Source of the DNA: a virus | Taxonomy: Duplodnaviria; Caudoviricetes | Direction: 5' to 3' (one strand) | Virus record (IMG/VR): IMGVR_UViG_2974655483_000001 | Location: 32,001 to 96,000 of that record | DNA length: 64,000 nucleotides | Part shown: positions 36,901-42,341 of the stretch, piece by piece | Position numbering within the stretch: the first letter of the stretch is position 1 | Layout of the letters: every line of letters begins with the position of its first letter | Translations under genes and position numbers: made by a program | Notes under the pieces: generated by a model | The model's database searches: none | Told to the model about the DNA's origin: nothing | The model's input: only the letters and a program-made list of their open reading frames with translations

Positions 36901-39900
36901 AGGTTCAACTGTATCTGGTCAACAATATGCTGCTATTTTCAGTGATAATACTGCATATAGAGATAGTGAAACTCCTACAGATATTGATCAAGCAGTTTGG
37001 AGACTTCGTGATTTAGTTGATATTGTTACTAATGGTCTCGCACCAGCGGGCAATGCAGTTAGAAATGCTGCCAAGAACTTCTACTTCAACCTCAAGTATT
37101 ATAAGGATGAAATTGGAGCACAGATTGATAGTCAGTTTGGTGCTGGTTCTTGGGTATACGATTCATTCCTTGAAGAAACTGCAAATAATATTGCAACAGA
37201 CAGTATCACAACAGATACAAGTTCTTCAAATACGGTTGATGCTTATGAAATCTCACTTTCCAACATTATTGGAGACTTTACGGTAGGAGAGACAGTAACA
37301 TCCAGCAATGGTACTACTGCGACTGTGCTTGAGTTTGATAAGGATAATCAGTCAATGTATGTCGGTACTTTCTCATCTACTGCTTGGGCAGTTTCTAACA
37401 CACTGACAGGTGGAAGTAGTTCAGCAACTGCAACTATTGCGGAACCATATGGATCTGTAGTATTTGATGGGACTGGCGACTATTTACAAACTGCTGCGGG
37501 TATTTCACTTGGAACTGGAAACTTTACTATTGAAGGATGGATTCGTCGTACTGATACAACCAGTAACTTCTATATCTCTGGATCAACTAGTAATAACTTT
37601 GGTTTCTTTGTAGGAGCAGGTTCTTCTAGTATCGGTTTCTACGGTGGAAGTAGTGGTAACTTTGTCAATCTTACCAATACTTCTCTTACTATTTCTGGAG
37701 GTAGATGGTATCATGTTGCTGTCGTAAGAGAAGGAACAGGATCTAACCAAACTTCAATCTATATTGATGGCATTCTTCAAGGTAGTGGAACTATTGCAAC
37801 CAACTATGGTTCTACCACCTTTATTGTAGGTGCAAGCACTAACACCGCAGAATATGCCGATGGAAATATTTCGGACTGGAGATTATCTAGCGTTGCTGTT
37901 TATCCAAAAGGAACTACAGCAATTGGAGAGCAATTATTTGCACTTCCTACAAGACCATTTGTTGCTGCAGACGTTACTGAAACTGAACTTCTGTTGTGTC
38001 AAGGTGATACCATCCAAGATAACGGTCCTAATACTGTAGCAGTAACTGCTAACGGTGATGCTGCCGTATCTACAATATCACCCTTTGGATATTTCCCTGG
38101 TGTTTCTAACTCCTTTGATTGGTATGTCTATCCTACCAATGTGGAGATTCTTTCTCAAGCAAGAGCAATTAGTTCTCCTGTAACTGGAGAAGTTAGTAGC
38201 GCAAATCTCTGGACTAATCCAGAAAATCTAAATGCAACTAATTATACTTCTAACTTAGTCGCTTATTTCTCTAATGTCACAAGTGCTCCTGATGGAACAG
38301 AAACTGCCGAAAAACTTTATGCTACAGGTACTGGAGTACACTCACTAACTAGAGATTTTAATCTAACTTCGTTTGAAACTTTTGATAATTCAACAGTAAC
38401 ATTTGATAGTGGTACTGAAACATTTGATACTGGATTTGGTGGTATTAGTGAGCAGCAGACATTTACTTTGTCGGCATTCTTTAAGAAAGCAGAACTTGAT
38501 AGTCTCAACTTCAAACTTTCTTTGGATACTCAGTCGAAGAATGTTAACTTCAATGTCAACCTTTCCACAGGTCAGATTGATGCAGGAACATTATTTGTAA
38601 GTCCTGGTATTACTCTTAATGAATCTGGAGTTACTCCAGTTGGTAGTGATTGGTTCCGTGTATACGCAACAATTACCTTCGGTTTTGGTATTGATGATCT
38701 TCAAGCAGATTTTGCTATCTACAACCGTTCAGTTGTTGCTGCTTCAGGAAATCAAGGTTTCTATATCTGGGGTATTAAACTCAACTCTGGTTTCCTTGAT
38801 CCTTATACTGCTGGGTCTGGCAAGGTGTTCTATTCAAATACCGAATATAACATTAAGACATATGCGTTAGATCTTCTAACTGAGTATATGATTGCTTCAC
38901 TTTCTAATGAACTTGTCGTTCCTTCTCCTATTGCTGTTGTAGGTTCGTTCTACCAGGATCCAACATCTGCAAACGCTCTTTCTGACGGAAACTACAACAA
39001 CGAAACTATCAGTAGATTGATTCGTTATGGTACTAGTACGATTAAGAAACAGTTTATTAATGATGCTTACTATACAAACCTCATTCAATATAATGCTGTC
39101 AGTTTCGGTTCTAAAAACTATGGTGTTAGAGATATTCCTACAGGAATTACTGGAGGACTAAATGCCTCTGATTATTTCTATGGATTGAGTTCCGATTCAA
39201 ATGCTGAACTTGCTAATCTCACTACTAATGAAGGTCTGATTGTTAAAGTTTACAGGAGATTCCGCATAGACGGCGATATTACTGATGGTCCATTCACCAT
39301 GAATGAAACTGTCGCTAAGCAGGGTGCTCCTAGCATTACTGGTGTAGTTTACGGATTCTATGAGGACGAAAACTTCAAATATCTTGATGTTGAAGTTACT
39401 GCTGGTCCTTGGGCAGTTACAGACTTTATTGTTGGCGCGACTAACTCAACAACAGCACAAATTAGTGCCATCGAAGATCGTATTCATATCATCGATCTTA
39501 AAGGTAATTTTGTTGAGGATATCGAATTCCTTGGTTATACTTCTGGGGCAATTGCTCAACCTACTTCATTCCTTAAAACCGAGGCATCTGTTACTTCCAA
39601 TTCTGGAGGTCTTCTGACAGTTGATACTGAGAGCTTGGTAGGGACTTTTGAGAAAAACTCAGTAGTCTATCCAGAATCGTCTAGACAGTACATTGATGTG
39701 TCTCAAGTTGGTGGTCTTCAGATATCGGTTGGTGATCGTATCGCATCTGATGGATATATTAGATTAGGTATCTCAGTTATCTCAACTTCCAATACATTCA
39801 TTGTTGGAAATAGAATTTATAAGGTTGTTAACAATCTTCAAGATAACAGTGTATATGGTGTTATCACCGAAGTAGATCTTGATAACAACTACATCTACAT

Positions 39901-41095
39901 CACAATGATTCAAGGTGAATTCCAAAATGGTGATTATATTGGAGATTATGGTGTTGATATTTTCCCTCAAGGATTCGCGACAATTAGTACAAAGGTGACA
40001 ACTGCTGGTGCAGCAGCCGCTCGTGTTCAAGACATCAGAACAATAGGATTGTCTAAGAGACTCTATCTTACAGAGATTGCTGGAACATTCTCCAGTAAAG
40101 ATGCGATTATCGGAACTTCTGCATATAAGGCAGTTATCACCGATATTGTAGACCTTAAAGCTCGCGTTAAGAGATCGTCCAAAGGATTTGATGGTACACA
40201 AACTAACTTCTCTCTCACCATTGAAAATGGCACTCAATATCTGCCAGATCCCGAAGGTCACATGCTCATCTTCATTAATGGTATTCTTCAACCTCCTGGA
40301 GCAACTAACGCATACACAGCGTTCTCTGACCAAATTCAGTTCGCTGAGGCACCAGAACTTGGATCTTCGTTTACTGGATTCTATATTGGTAAGTTGAGGC
40401 AGTTGGATGATATCTCGTTCGAGTTTGATTCCTTACGCCAATCATTCAACCTTAAGCGTAATGAAGTGTTCTACTCACTCACGCTAACAGAAGGTGTCCA
40501 ATCTACTGTCATTAGACCTGAAAATAACATTATTGTTTCTCTCAATGGTGTTGTTCAGGAACCTGGAGTTGGTTTTGAGATTGTTGGTTCACGAATCATC
40601 TTCTCTGAAATTCCTCGCGTAGATTCCACATTCGTTGCGTTCTCTTATGTTGGTTCTGAAGCAGACGTTGATGCTGCTGAAGTAGTTCCACCAATCGAAG
40701 CAGGAGACTTCATCGAGATTGAAGGAGAGACTGTAGATCGTGAGGTGGCGGTTATTGAATCGTCAAACTCTCTCATCACATTCGATTACCTTGGATCTGT
40801 ATTTGGTCAAGGTGCCATCGGACAATCTGCACTCACAAGCGGATTTATTAGAAATGTTCAGGTCACTTCTGGAGGTTCTGGTTATACAAGCAGACCTACA
40901 GTTAGAATCGATTCTATCTCTGGTTTCGATGGTAACATCCGTGCATTGATTGGTATCTCTAGTGTTGAAATGAATACTTATGGTTCTGGATATCAAAATC
41001 CAGTCGTCGTTGTTGAGAGTGAAGTACCTGATGATTGGACCGCACCAAATCTCGCAAATTATGGTGAGGAATTAATTGATCCAGAGATCGCATAA
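21965..41095 (+). CDS. gp7: Giant multidomain baseplate wedge initiator, gp7-like (6376 aa)
   Basis: gp7-type segments (PQFIESEYPLF, IKDFYSAKGT..LFKLLYGE, IQDSYYYQDFSY..VHPA); follows gp6. Carries Ig-like, GxGY, YHYH-like, propeller, three LamG-like and helical globin-like domains. Confidence 0.85.
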   Translation: MDINKVSHVSSYQTPQFIESEYPLFNKFIEYYYQSQEKTGLGQNIINNFLQYLDIDKLDIGILDGVTKVVDPVNVTDTTITVETVDPFLEKNGSILIGDEVIYYEETVSSPNIALTPGISYTQVQLKWVLLANNISLFDGVRRVFPLVSQDNPIGPSSPQHIIVKVYGKTLTPVVDYTVSGTNIVYTIAPRTATAADDTSTTSVTYLNGFSENTIVQIDDISSAFGDNKTTFELTVNSEKYEPIADEFLLAVYDDRLLVPKVDYFIDGSIFIFNVAPLNGRSLSLYSIEAPIPSFGSGAVGYSRVNDLGNISSVIPSTNGFGYRFDYPPKVSVNSSVGSGASVKTLVDGIKSVSLLSGGAGYSESNPPTVKVQFPTKEGYVEPTLKATVTNGAVSAIDIISSGSGYTFTPRITFEQPGGAVLAPPTIVGGSVSGAITITNGGQGYTTPPLVYIDEPTGLDGIKASFTTTLTDGEITAVNILNAGQGYETVPRISVIDPVGAQVLETVVDGDGRVISVELLFGGSGYTDVPSVYIVDNRQNDVGTYIGGTGATAVAAIFNGQITDINITNFGTGYSADNPPQIVIQKPVDAKASATVGLQEITGFSVLKAGKEYTKAQFLGCARAASGITDYTQDGNAVFSNSTTAAEASTDTSVKCLDALFIKRLLDKYTEQFLPDVPTLDYSKIDVRTSIKTIKDFYSAKGTSFSIAYLFKLLYGETVTVSYPKDQIIKPSAATWSVDTVLRATLVSGLPENIQDGLLEQVADISDPNILAATALIENFISIQTAQDTIYELALSEETIEGTFVVPYKTKLAEPLNTTEGIITVDSTIGWPERNGEFVISSGVGSEVVQYKEKSLNQFIECTRSVNGVVEDWDSATQVSSNFNVFINRGTAQEVVLNIVGIVDAQQTTLTDTGSYYLPGDKLLISKLGGTGTGPELTTWLYNVKKLIEVESIAFGGINNQSATVTCSNPHGLLVGDQVTIYGANPIIYNGSFLVTSRDSTTVFQYQLPQPANVVPQGNILVSIDLNKGKSDSSAVNNAISPYTTNVQNTFFNTTNTYIASTGIPNYNIGPFPGSALLPGNQRKLNRFPITPVTISTKNLIVPGPIGTWVNGVSIWSYKSDVTKIFGAVTSIAINNAGNGYDAALPPAITISGGGGTGAAATATVNGSISEVTVTEGGSGYTSSPLVSIVGGGGSGASATAIITKGVVSSILVNSGGTGYTSQPSITVVGGGGSGAEGTAAVRGPIQSVAITNGGASYTSNPSIILSSGAGAVAQAIINDGRIISIAIISAGSGYTTAPEVTIQGDGFGAVARATIDVDGENAGKVTGIEIVNRGIGYSQGTTIINLNSVGQGASFLANVFQWTYNLQETTTVDSAKGSVFEGFNNQYGGEYAHLSNPQRLRYILGDNLFANVNDQILEQDDQLGHSPIIGWAFDGNPIYGPYGYSDPTNQSSSISRLRTSYRLKANLVYDEVTNPTPVRTDGPLLSEEIAGKFVEDYEYSFSLGDLDQYNGRFCKTPEYPTGRYCYFVTIDATEQGNPVFPYILGPSFNSVVDTWNLSTTAVQQNIPIGVVRYRDPYENVDIDVERAPNASTNGLTLENGDILTFDVEDENRDGVISAEETADPDQIFEESPLQLFDYFPTVKLDSKVDIEVETITKFEDASITGFVVENAGINYQVDDRLIFDNTDTGGDGASARISRIKGETVSAYTFENVSGNNFGVLTTSVPHNLQVTDTVFVDYTPIMDNTNKTFVVRQFKGIENITIAQSGSGYNEDIPPTLVIDGDGVSGKLEAVVTSVGSIDTVNILNSGSGYTSNPRVIISHPQVFKKAEYIVSKIENNENVKVNDIFVNNNKEIFICGKTLDSSGNSVAFVSKLSTTGVKEWEKTLELSTGTNYAEFQKLYVDGDDIWVVGVNRPNILVLDAYNPDIILVKYTQSDNGLSASLQFQKGYSGISGATRADNITCIKKYSDTRYVIGGFTNTNSGSPFDAFIALIDTAGSFAIKRKIASVNDSEKLTDIVVDEGNIYFTLETSNTNTDNNVNVAFGKATVGTNSIQVEYVNEYSNAGYSFLDSSLAIDEFKELYINATLRAKSDNVTRDSVWVGKVDTTGEFVWNYRYLAPGRDVNAVGKCAIDIFGDLNIAFNRVDNTTGLKTVDTVKIGYDGVLKNHTTNEFNEYRIEGITAHSIDVDNSGDVYVFGQTSWNRNEFLLEFTGGATTDTFGNYTPTFVGADATQSLHLDGGVAKIYGRDVATPANWENAYIEFPNSTLGNTLNENWTLEFMLYQNSASTDTHSQDQQTLVAIGDATDATGGLWLYYDRTAAGPSGYLELIVTNNTTSINSAGGAVQSSLTTMFADDTWQFIGLKKEDNLFTVYVNGISVITATVADTSFTSKKLYIGNIAGRNGTTGNWRSDEQGQYFVDNLKLRNRAITPTVPSDVSALPTSSTFGLSYSWTDTSWFDTYNNLHDYIDYSGWGVKVDKNADATRIGDQGIQLNTQLGYVRTAVTPVTGSALTIGSTGFALGSLGLQSLDFDDATTTMSEDTETLTYTKDIWSSRTATIPSPGSQKLIINAVVKDRYYFKVTDTVKIDNIQILTINQAFRFTVGTKLVLNDDSGSFINSGYITKVDNANNKVYLAINNNSWTNDLNTGQLSTSQFDEQSTYGIVGPIPLDINQIDSYTFAEVDNTTPGTFTIDLDKYNLDGTYNAAGGQNLDSFAQFKPYSDDDYSVRIDEISGSSTFIVGSVVTISGGDISYNAAYSTATITNLTGVLKITLVANLTKILRVTAVSNSDEVYVITDTRHYLTPGSMLNVDGNPSETVNTVVYDEYDGSFPVDTVISPLEFTYKLPQAAITSPATSASNVSIYIKSPVLKMYYGHQYLFDLSHSSMVGGNLSFSKDPLYKLEYSFNSIERVGTPGVTGEGATTPTVKFKVDEDVVTNISYYFDPSRVGDNDSPIIQGSYLDVVSSPYRGTFQVSGVAGATITRGADQIKFPLQNEPEGNADVSRASYSTSSRRAVGSIDNIRIVNPGGFYTRLPIVDSIQSTRQIERVTINEPGTEYAVGQYTGVSIAGDGEGGFVTITVADGTDAEGGAIPGQVQSVIVTSPGKGYTTATVDIDSVPGILGAGLTGSGAEVTVVIPPFGTAASIFTVGSSVGKIKKLKNNNFGYDYPHDYTLRPEITFPINAQLTSTSILDSVTVTDPGSGYSQAPAVIITGGGGTGAIAQSTIKNGRLDRIEVKDPGLGYSSTPTVELKSSFNYVVNLDLGLLQFSFPHGIAQGSAITLAVVDTGDGAEFPIAAGAVGRLNGVTTYYAISGAANSLEDDQLKFAITPANAALGDALSFTNAGTGRQQVLTTSFGGAATANVITSTFLEGEQVYQGSSFENATAFGFVSTNNGWQVGPRIVKIVDYTGEFNIGESVTGVISKSSGTISSLNIATGVLDVGSITETSGQFIDDVGKPSEIIQKIQDSYYYQDFSYAVKSAVSINDWKDILIKNVHPASFKVFGELNLNEYGFVPNKETFFQLTKSVELARQATVPNIQSFALVEPVYTAFDNTEVLFRQKRLTSSENILTSVVQRLDDISNLFDGERISFPLQIDGSNVVANANQLMIILNGVVQTPDTSFEVQNDSIVFAEPPQPPASVKYVNVTIQPIQVYRFTVTNNSGIFPSTNNTVLGTQSGSRLTVTSVVGDDIFGFVAEGNVGIVTALDNATLTSGAGYTDGTYTEVATTSSGVGTGLTVNITVAAGAVTQVSINGAGVGYASSEVITIAGGTTSATIAVSTISGFNINELISVGATGFTATLTQITPIVNLNLFSFNEQIKNLTGKIAVVEEVNLETGDSVPLADLRYTVGAGTSSIELIDSDALTDTAVPASTFTVGANYQLGAEIVTVSAITVGPNSTTLTVTRGQLGTTATSHQEDLPLYGTDISVTNELALSKTVGTYQSKPGLFDIQLDDVIIGSQSGVVARITSTSAYQDPTTNEFIEQVNISDGSSFFGLLFNRLTSASYPNIILDNIAESQVNIVDFTDNTTNFDSKFPGTEFISNLVIPYDNTTGTFQENEIIRNYKLGYGNVTGVFNSSEDMVTKKLAFDSRVGSGFFQLGQVIRTQDTKGEVIGYNQALSTIYLGKVGRTLSTGEDYHKVTFNNNAQLDTDQSHYGLSSLLLDGTGDYLSIPTSTEFGFGTGAFTIECWIRPSSVTGTQQIFDFRTTAVEVSSELLLVGTNLNYRVNNSTTITGTATLAVDTWYHVAISRNASTTKLFVNGTQDGGDYSDGSNYGTTKPIIIGASYAFGDGFAGHIDEFRVSNTSRYQTTFTAPTGIFQGDANTKLLLHFEGDDTQTYIEDWSGGESFTDNEDFNNDAILKNWNENSTNLPAGFAGKSQRYYDAANLIESNKNFVAKEAVYLLTQQYPSLIIPGGNVNCEDDIRDILTAMIEDLRNGCNSHIWDASALYVDRTANPITISHVDTEVTETVWAYDKVKDILQYIINNTLWSVSGSHGVRQITDTTITDSSTSSFTTLQPSAISYNAATGDMVMTSNGHGLTTSNTIAIAAESLTFTCTSDGNERELIHPRKSDTRAYNQVLAITAADTNTFTVNVGASPAEQQYVHTFVSATSGAVTVLNYTTGDCADVYSTIGNLLDILTDTLEQANLGTPVDHLATITKVTTEYEFVGATVNAYLEVPFSTTYHSAASDILYTNRIDVAGRGRFRDASNLINANASVIVDKAAFDMLARYPDLAVDMPRNADGSSTDGTLRCKTDLGLILGAIAKDIYDGGNFFTVQAAKFYIGENDELRHIRLQVWQSVYAHDRLAYYAKQAVTGDLTYDNTDNIIVGDWGVTNDAGNCANVQSAIDTLVTTINDIIAPTSEDFNIAGDRLYFNREYIAEEITGLTAAYLTYQVDNTNQVAYTYDVAKCERDIKLLITAIISDLQTGGNNSTVDNMNLYLTANGELNYIEEELLPTVFAFEQIRSLGEKAIRNLLYDSGSTVSGQQYAAIFSDNTAYRDSETPTDIDQAVWRLRDLVDIVTNGLAPAGNAVRNAAKNFYFNLKYYKDEIGAQIDSQFGAGSWVYDSFLEETANNIATDSITTDTSSSNTVDAYEISLSNIIGDFTVGETVTSSNGTTATVLEFDKDNQSMYVGTFSSTAWAVSNTLTGGSSSATATIAEPYGSVVFDGTGDYLQTAAGISLGTGNFTIEGWIRRTDTTSNFYISGSTSNNFGFFVGAGSSSIGFYGGSSGNFVNLTNTSLTISGGRWYHVAVVREGTGSNQTSIYIDGILQGSGTIATNYGSTTFIVGASTNTAEYADGNISDWRLSSVAVYPKGTTAIGEQLFALPTRPFVAADVTETELLLCQGDTIQDNGPNTVAVTANGDAAVSTISPFGYFPGVSNSFDWYVYPTNVEILSQARAISSPVTGEVSSANLWTNPENLNATNYTSNLVAYFSNVTSAPDGTETAEKLYATGTGVHSLTRDFNLTSFETFDNSTVTFDSGTETFDTGFGGISEQQTFTLSAFFKKAELDSLNFKLSLDTQSKNVNFNVNLSTGQIDAGTLFVSPGITLNESGVTPVGSDWFRVYATITFGFGIDDLQADFAIYNRSVVAASGNQGFYIWGIKLNSGFLDPYTAGSGKVFYSNTEYNIKTYALDLLTEYMIASLSNELVVPSPIAVVGSFYQDPTSANALSDGNYNNETISRLIRYGTSTIKKQFINDAYYTNLIQYNAVSFGSKNYGVRDIPTGITGGLNASDYFYGLSSDSNAELANLTTNEGLIVKVYRRFRIDGDITDGPFTMNETVAKQGAPSITGVVYGFYEDENFKYLDVEVTAGPWAVTDFIVGATNSTTAQISAIEDRIHIIDLKGNFVEDIEFLGYTSGAIAQPTSFLKTEASVTSNSGGLLTVDTESLVGTFEKNSVVYPESSRQYIDVSQVGGLQISVGDRIASDGYIRLGISVISTSNTFIVGNRIYKVVNNLQDNSVYGVITEVDLDNNYIYITMIQGEFQNGDYIGDYGVDIFPQGFATISTKVTTAGAAAARVQDIRTIGLSKRLYLTEIAGTFSSKDAIIGTSAYKAVITDIVDLKARVKRSSKGFDGTQTNFSLTIENGTQYLPDPEGHMLIFINGILQPPGATNAYTAFSDQIQFAEAPELGSSFTGFYIGKLRQLDDISFEFDSLRQSFNLKRNEVFYSLTLTEGVQSTVIRPENNIIVSLNGVVQEPGVGFEIVGSRIIFSEIPRVDSTFVAFSYVGSEADVDAAEVVPPIEAGDFIEIEGETVDREVAVIESSNSLITFDYLGSVFGQGAIGQSALTSGFIRNVQVTSGGSGYTSRPTVRIDSISGFDGNIRALIGISSVEMNTYGSGYQNPVVVVESEVPDDWTAPNLANYGEELIDPEIA

Positions 41096-41098
41096 ATA
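41092..41098 (+). promoter_or_regulatory. T4-type late promoter
   Basis: ATAAATA overlapping the gp7 stop, 19 nt before the next ATG. Confidence 0.7.
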
Positions 41099-41117
41099 AC
41101 TAAAAACGTAGTAAGTA

Positions 41118-42338
41118 ATGGCTAAACAAGCACTAAACCTTGGAGCTTCTGCTAATGATAATACGGGGGACACCCTCCGTATTGGTGGTGATAAAATCAA
41201 TGATAATTTTAACGAACTATATACCGCTTTAGGTAATGGAGTAAGTTTAACTGTTAATACATTGAACCCCGTATCGGGACAAGTTCTTCGTTATAATGGA
41301 TCTACTTTTCTGCCTTCAGATTATAGTAATCTTACATCTGCTTTGGATGTAAACGGAAACTCAATTATTTCCTCTAGTGATGGGAATATTCCTGTTGCTG
41401 CAAATGGCACTGGTGTTATTACATTAGCATCCAATTCAGTCACTTCGACATTTGGTGCTACTGTTGACATTCCTACAAGTGTAAAGTATAAAAACGAATA
41501 TGCATCTTTAGGTGTTGCTCCTGCTGCAGCATCTTATCCTGGTTATTTCTTTACTGTAGATGGTGTTGATGACCCATATGTAAATATTAATATCACTGCT
41601 GATGGTGTTGGTGATGTTAGAGCGAAACTTCTCACCGAATATTCAAGTATTGATACTTTAAGTAATGTTGATGTTACAACAACAGCACCAACAGCAAATC
41701 AAGTTCTTAAGTGGGATGGTTCTAACTGGGTTCCTGGAGATGACCAAGCAGGTGTAAGTGCCATTAATGTTTTCCAGACTGTCACTGCAGATTCTGGAAC
41801 TACTACAGCAAATAGTCAAGCAGACACTCTTACTATTGCTGGTGGTACTAATATTACTACAGCAGTTTCTGGTGATACCGTAACTGTAAACTTTAGTGGT
41901 ACTCTTACTACTACTCTGGCAGCATTAACTGATACTGATACTGCTGGTCTTACCCAGGGCGATATGCTCTATTGGAATGGTTCTAATTGGATTCCAACTC
42001 GCAGTCCAATGCTTTGGTATGAAATTGGAGCACCTCCAGGAAATAATTCCAATTACTATACAATAGCAGGACCTGGATCACCTATCTCTGTTCAAAATCC
42101 TACTATCTATGTTCATAGAGGATTCACATATGCCTTTGATAATAGTGTAGAAGGCGGTGGTCATCCTTTTAGAATTCAATCTACTCAAGGACTGACAGGC
42201 ACTCCATATACCGATGGACAGAGTGGAAGTATAACCAATGTTCTTTATTGGACAATTCCAATGAATGCACCTAATACATTGTATTATCAGTGTACTCTAC
42301 ATTCGTTGATGCAAGGCACCTTTACCGTCGTAAACTGA
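41118..42338 (+). CDS. gp9/gp10-like baseplate-fibre connector with a C-terminal cupredoxin-like domain
   Basis: N-terminal KQALNLGASANDNTGDTLRIGGDKINDNFNELY; C-terminal GHPF...YYQCTLHSLMQG. Confidence 0.8.
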   Translation: MAKQALNLGASANDNTGDTLRIGGDKINDNFNELYTALGNGVSLTVNTLNPVSGQVLRYNGSTFLPSDYSNLTSALDVNGNSIISSSDGNIPVAANGTGVITLASNSVTSTFGATVDIPTSVKYKNEYASLGVAPAAASYPGYFFTVDGVDDPYVNINITADGVGDVRAKLLTEYSSIDTLSNVDVTTTAPTANQVLKWDGSNWVPGDDQAGVSAINVFQTVTADSGTTTANSQADTLTIAGGTNITTAVSGDTVTVNFSGTLTTTLAALTDTDTAGLTQGDMLYWNGSNWIPTRSPMLWYEIGAPPGNNSNYYTIAGPGSPISVQNPTIYVHRGFTYAFDNSVEGGGHPFRIQSTQGLTGTPYTDGQSGSITNVLYWTIPMNAPNTLYYQCTLHSLMQGTFTVVN

Positions 42339-42341
42339 TAA

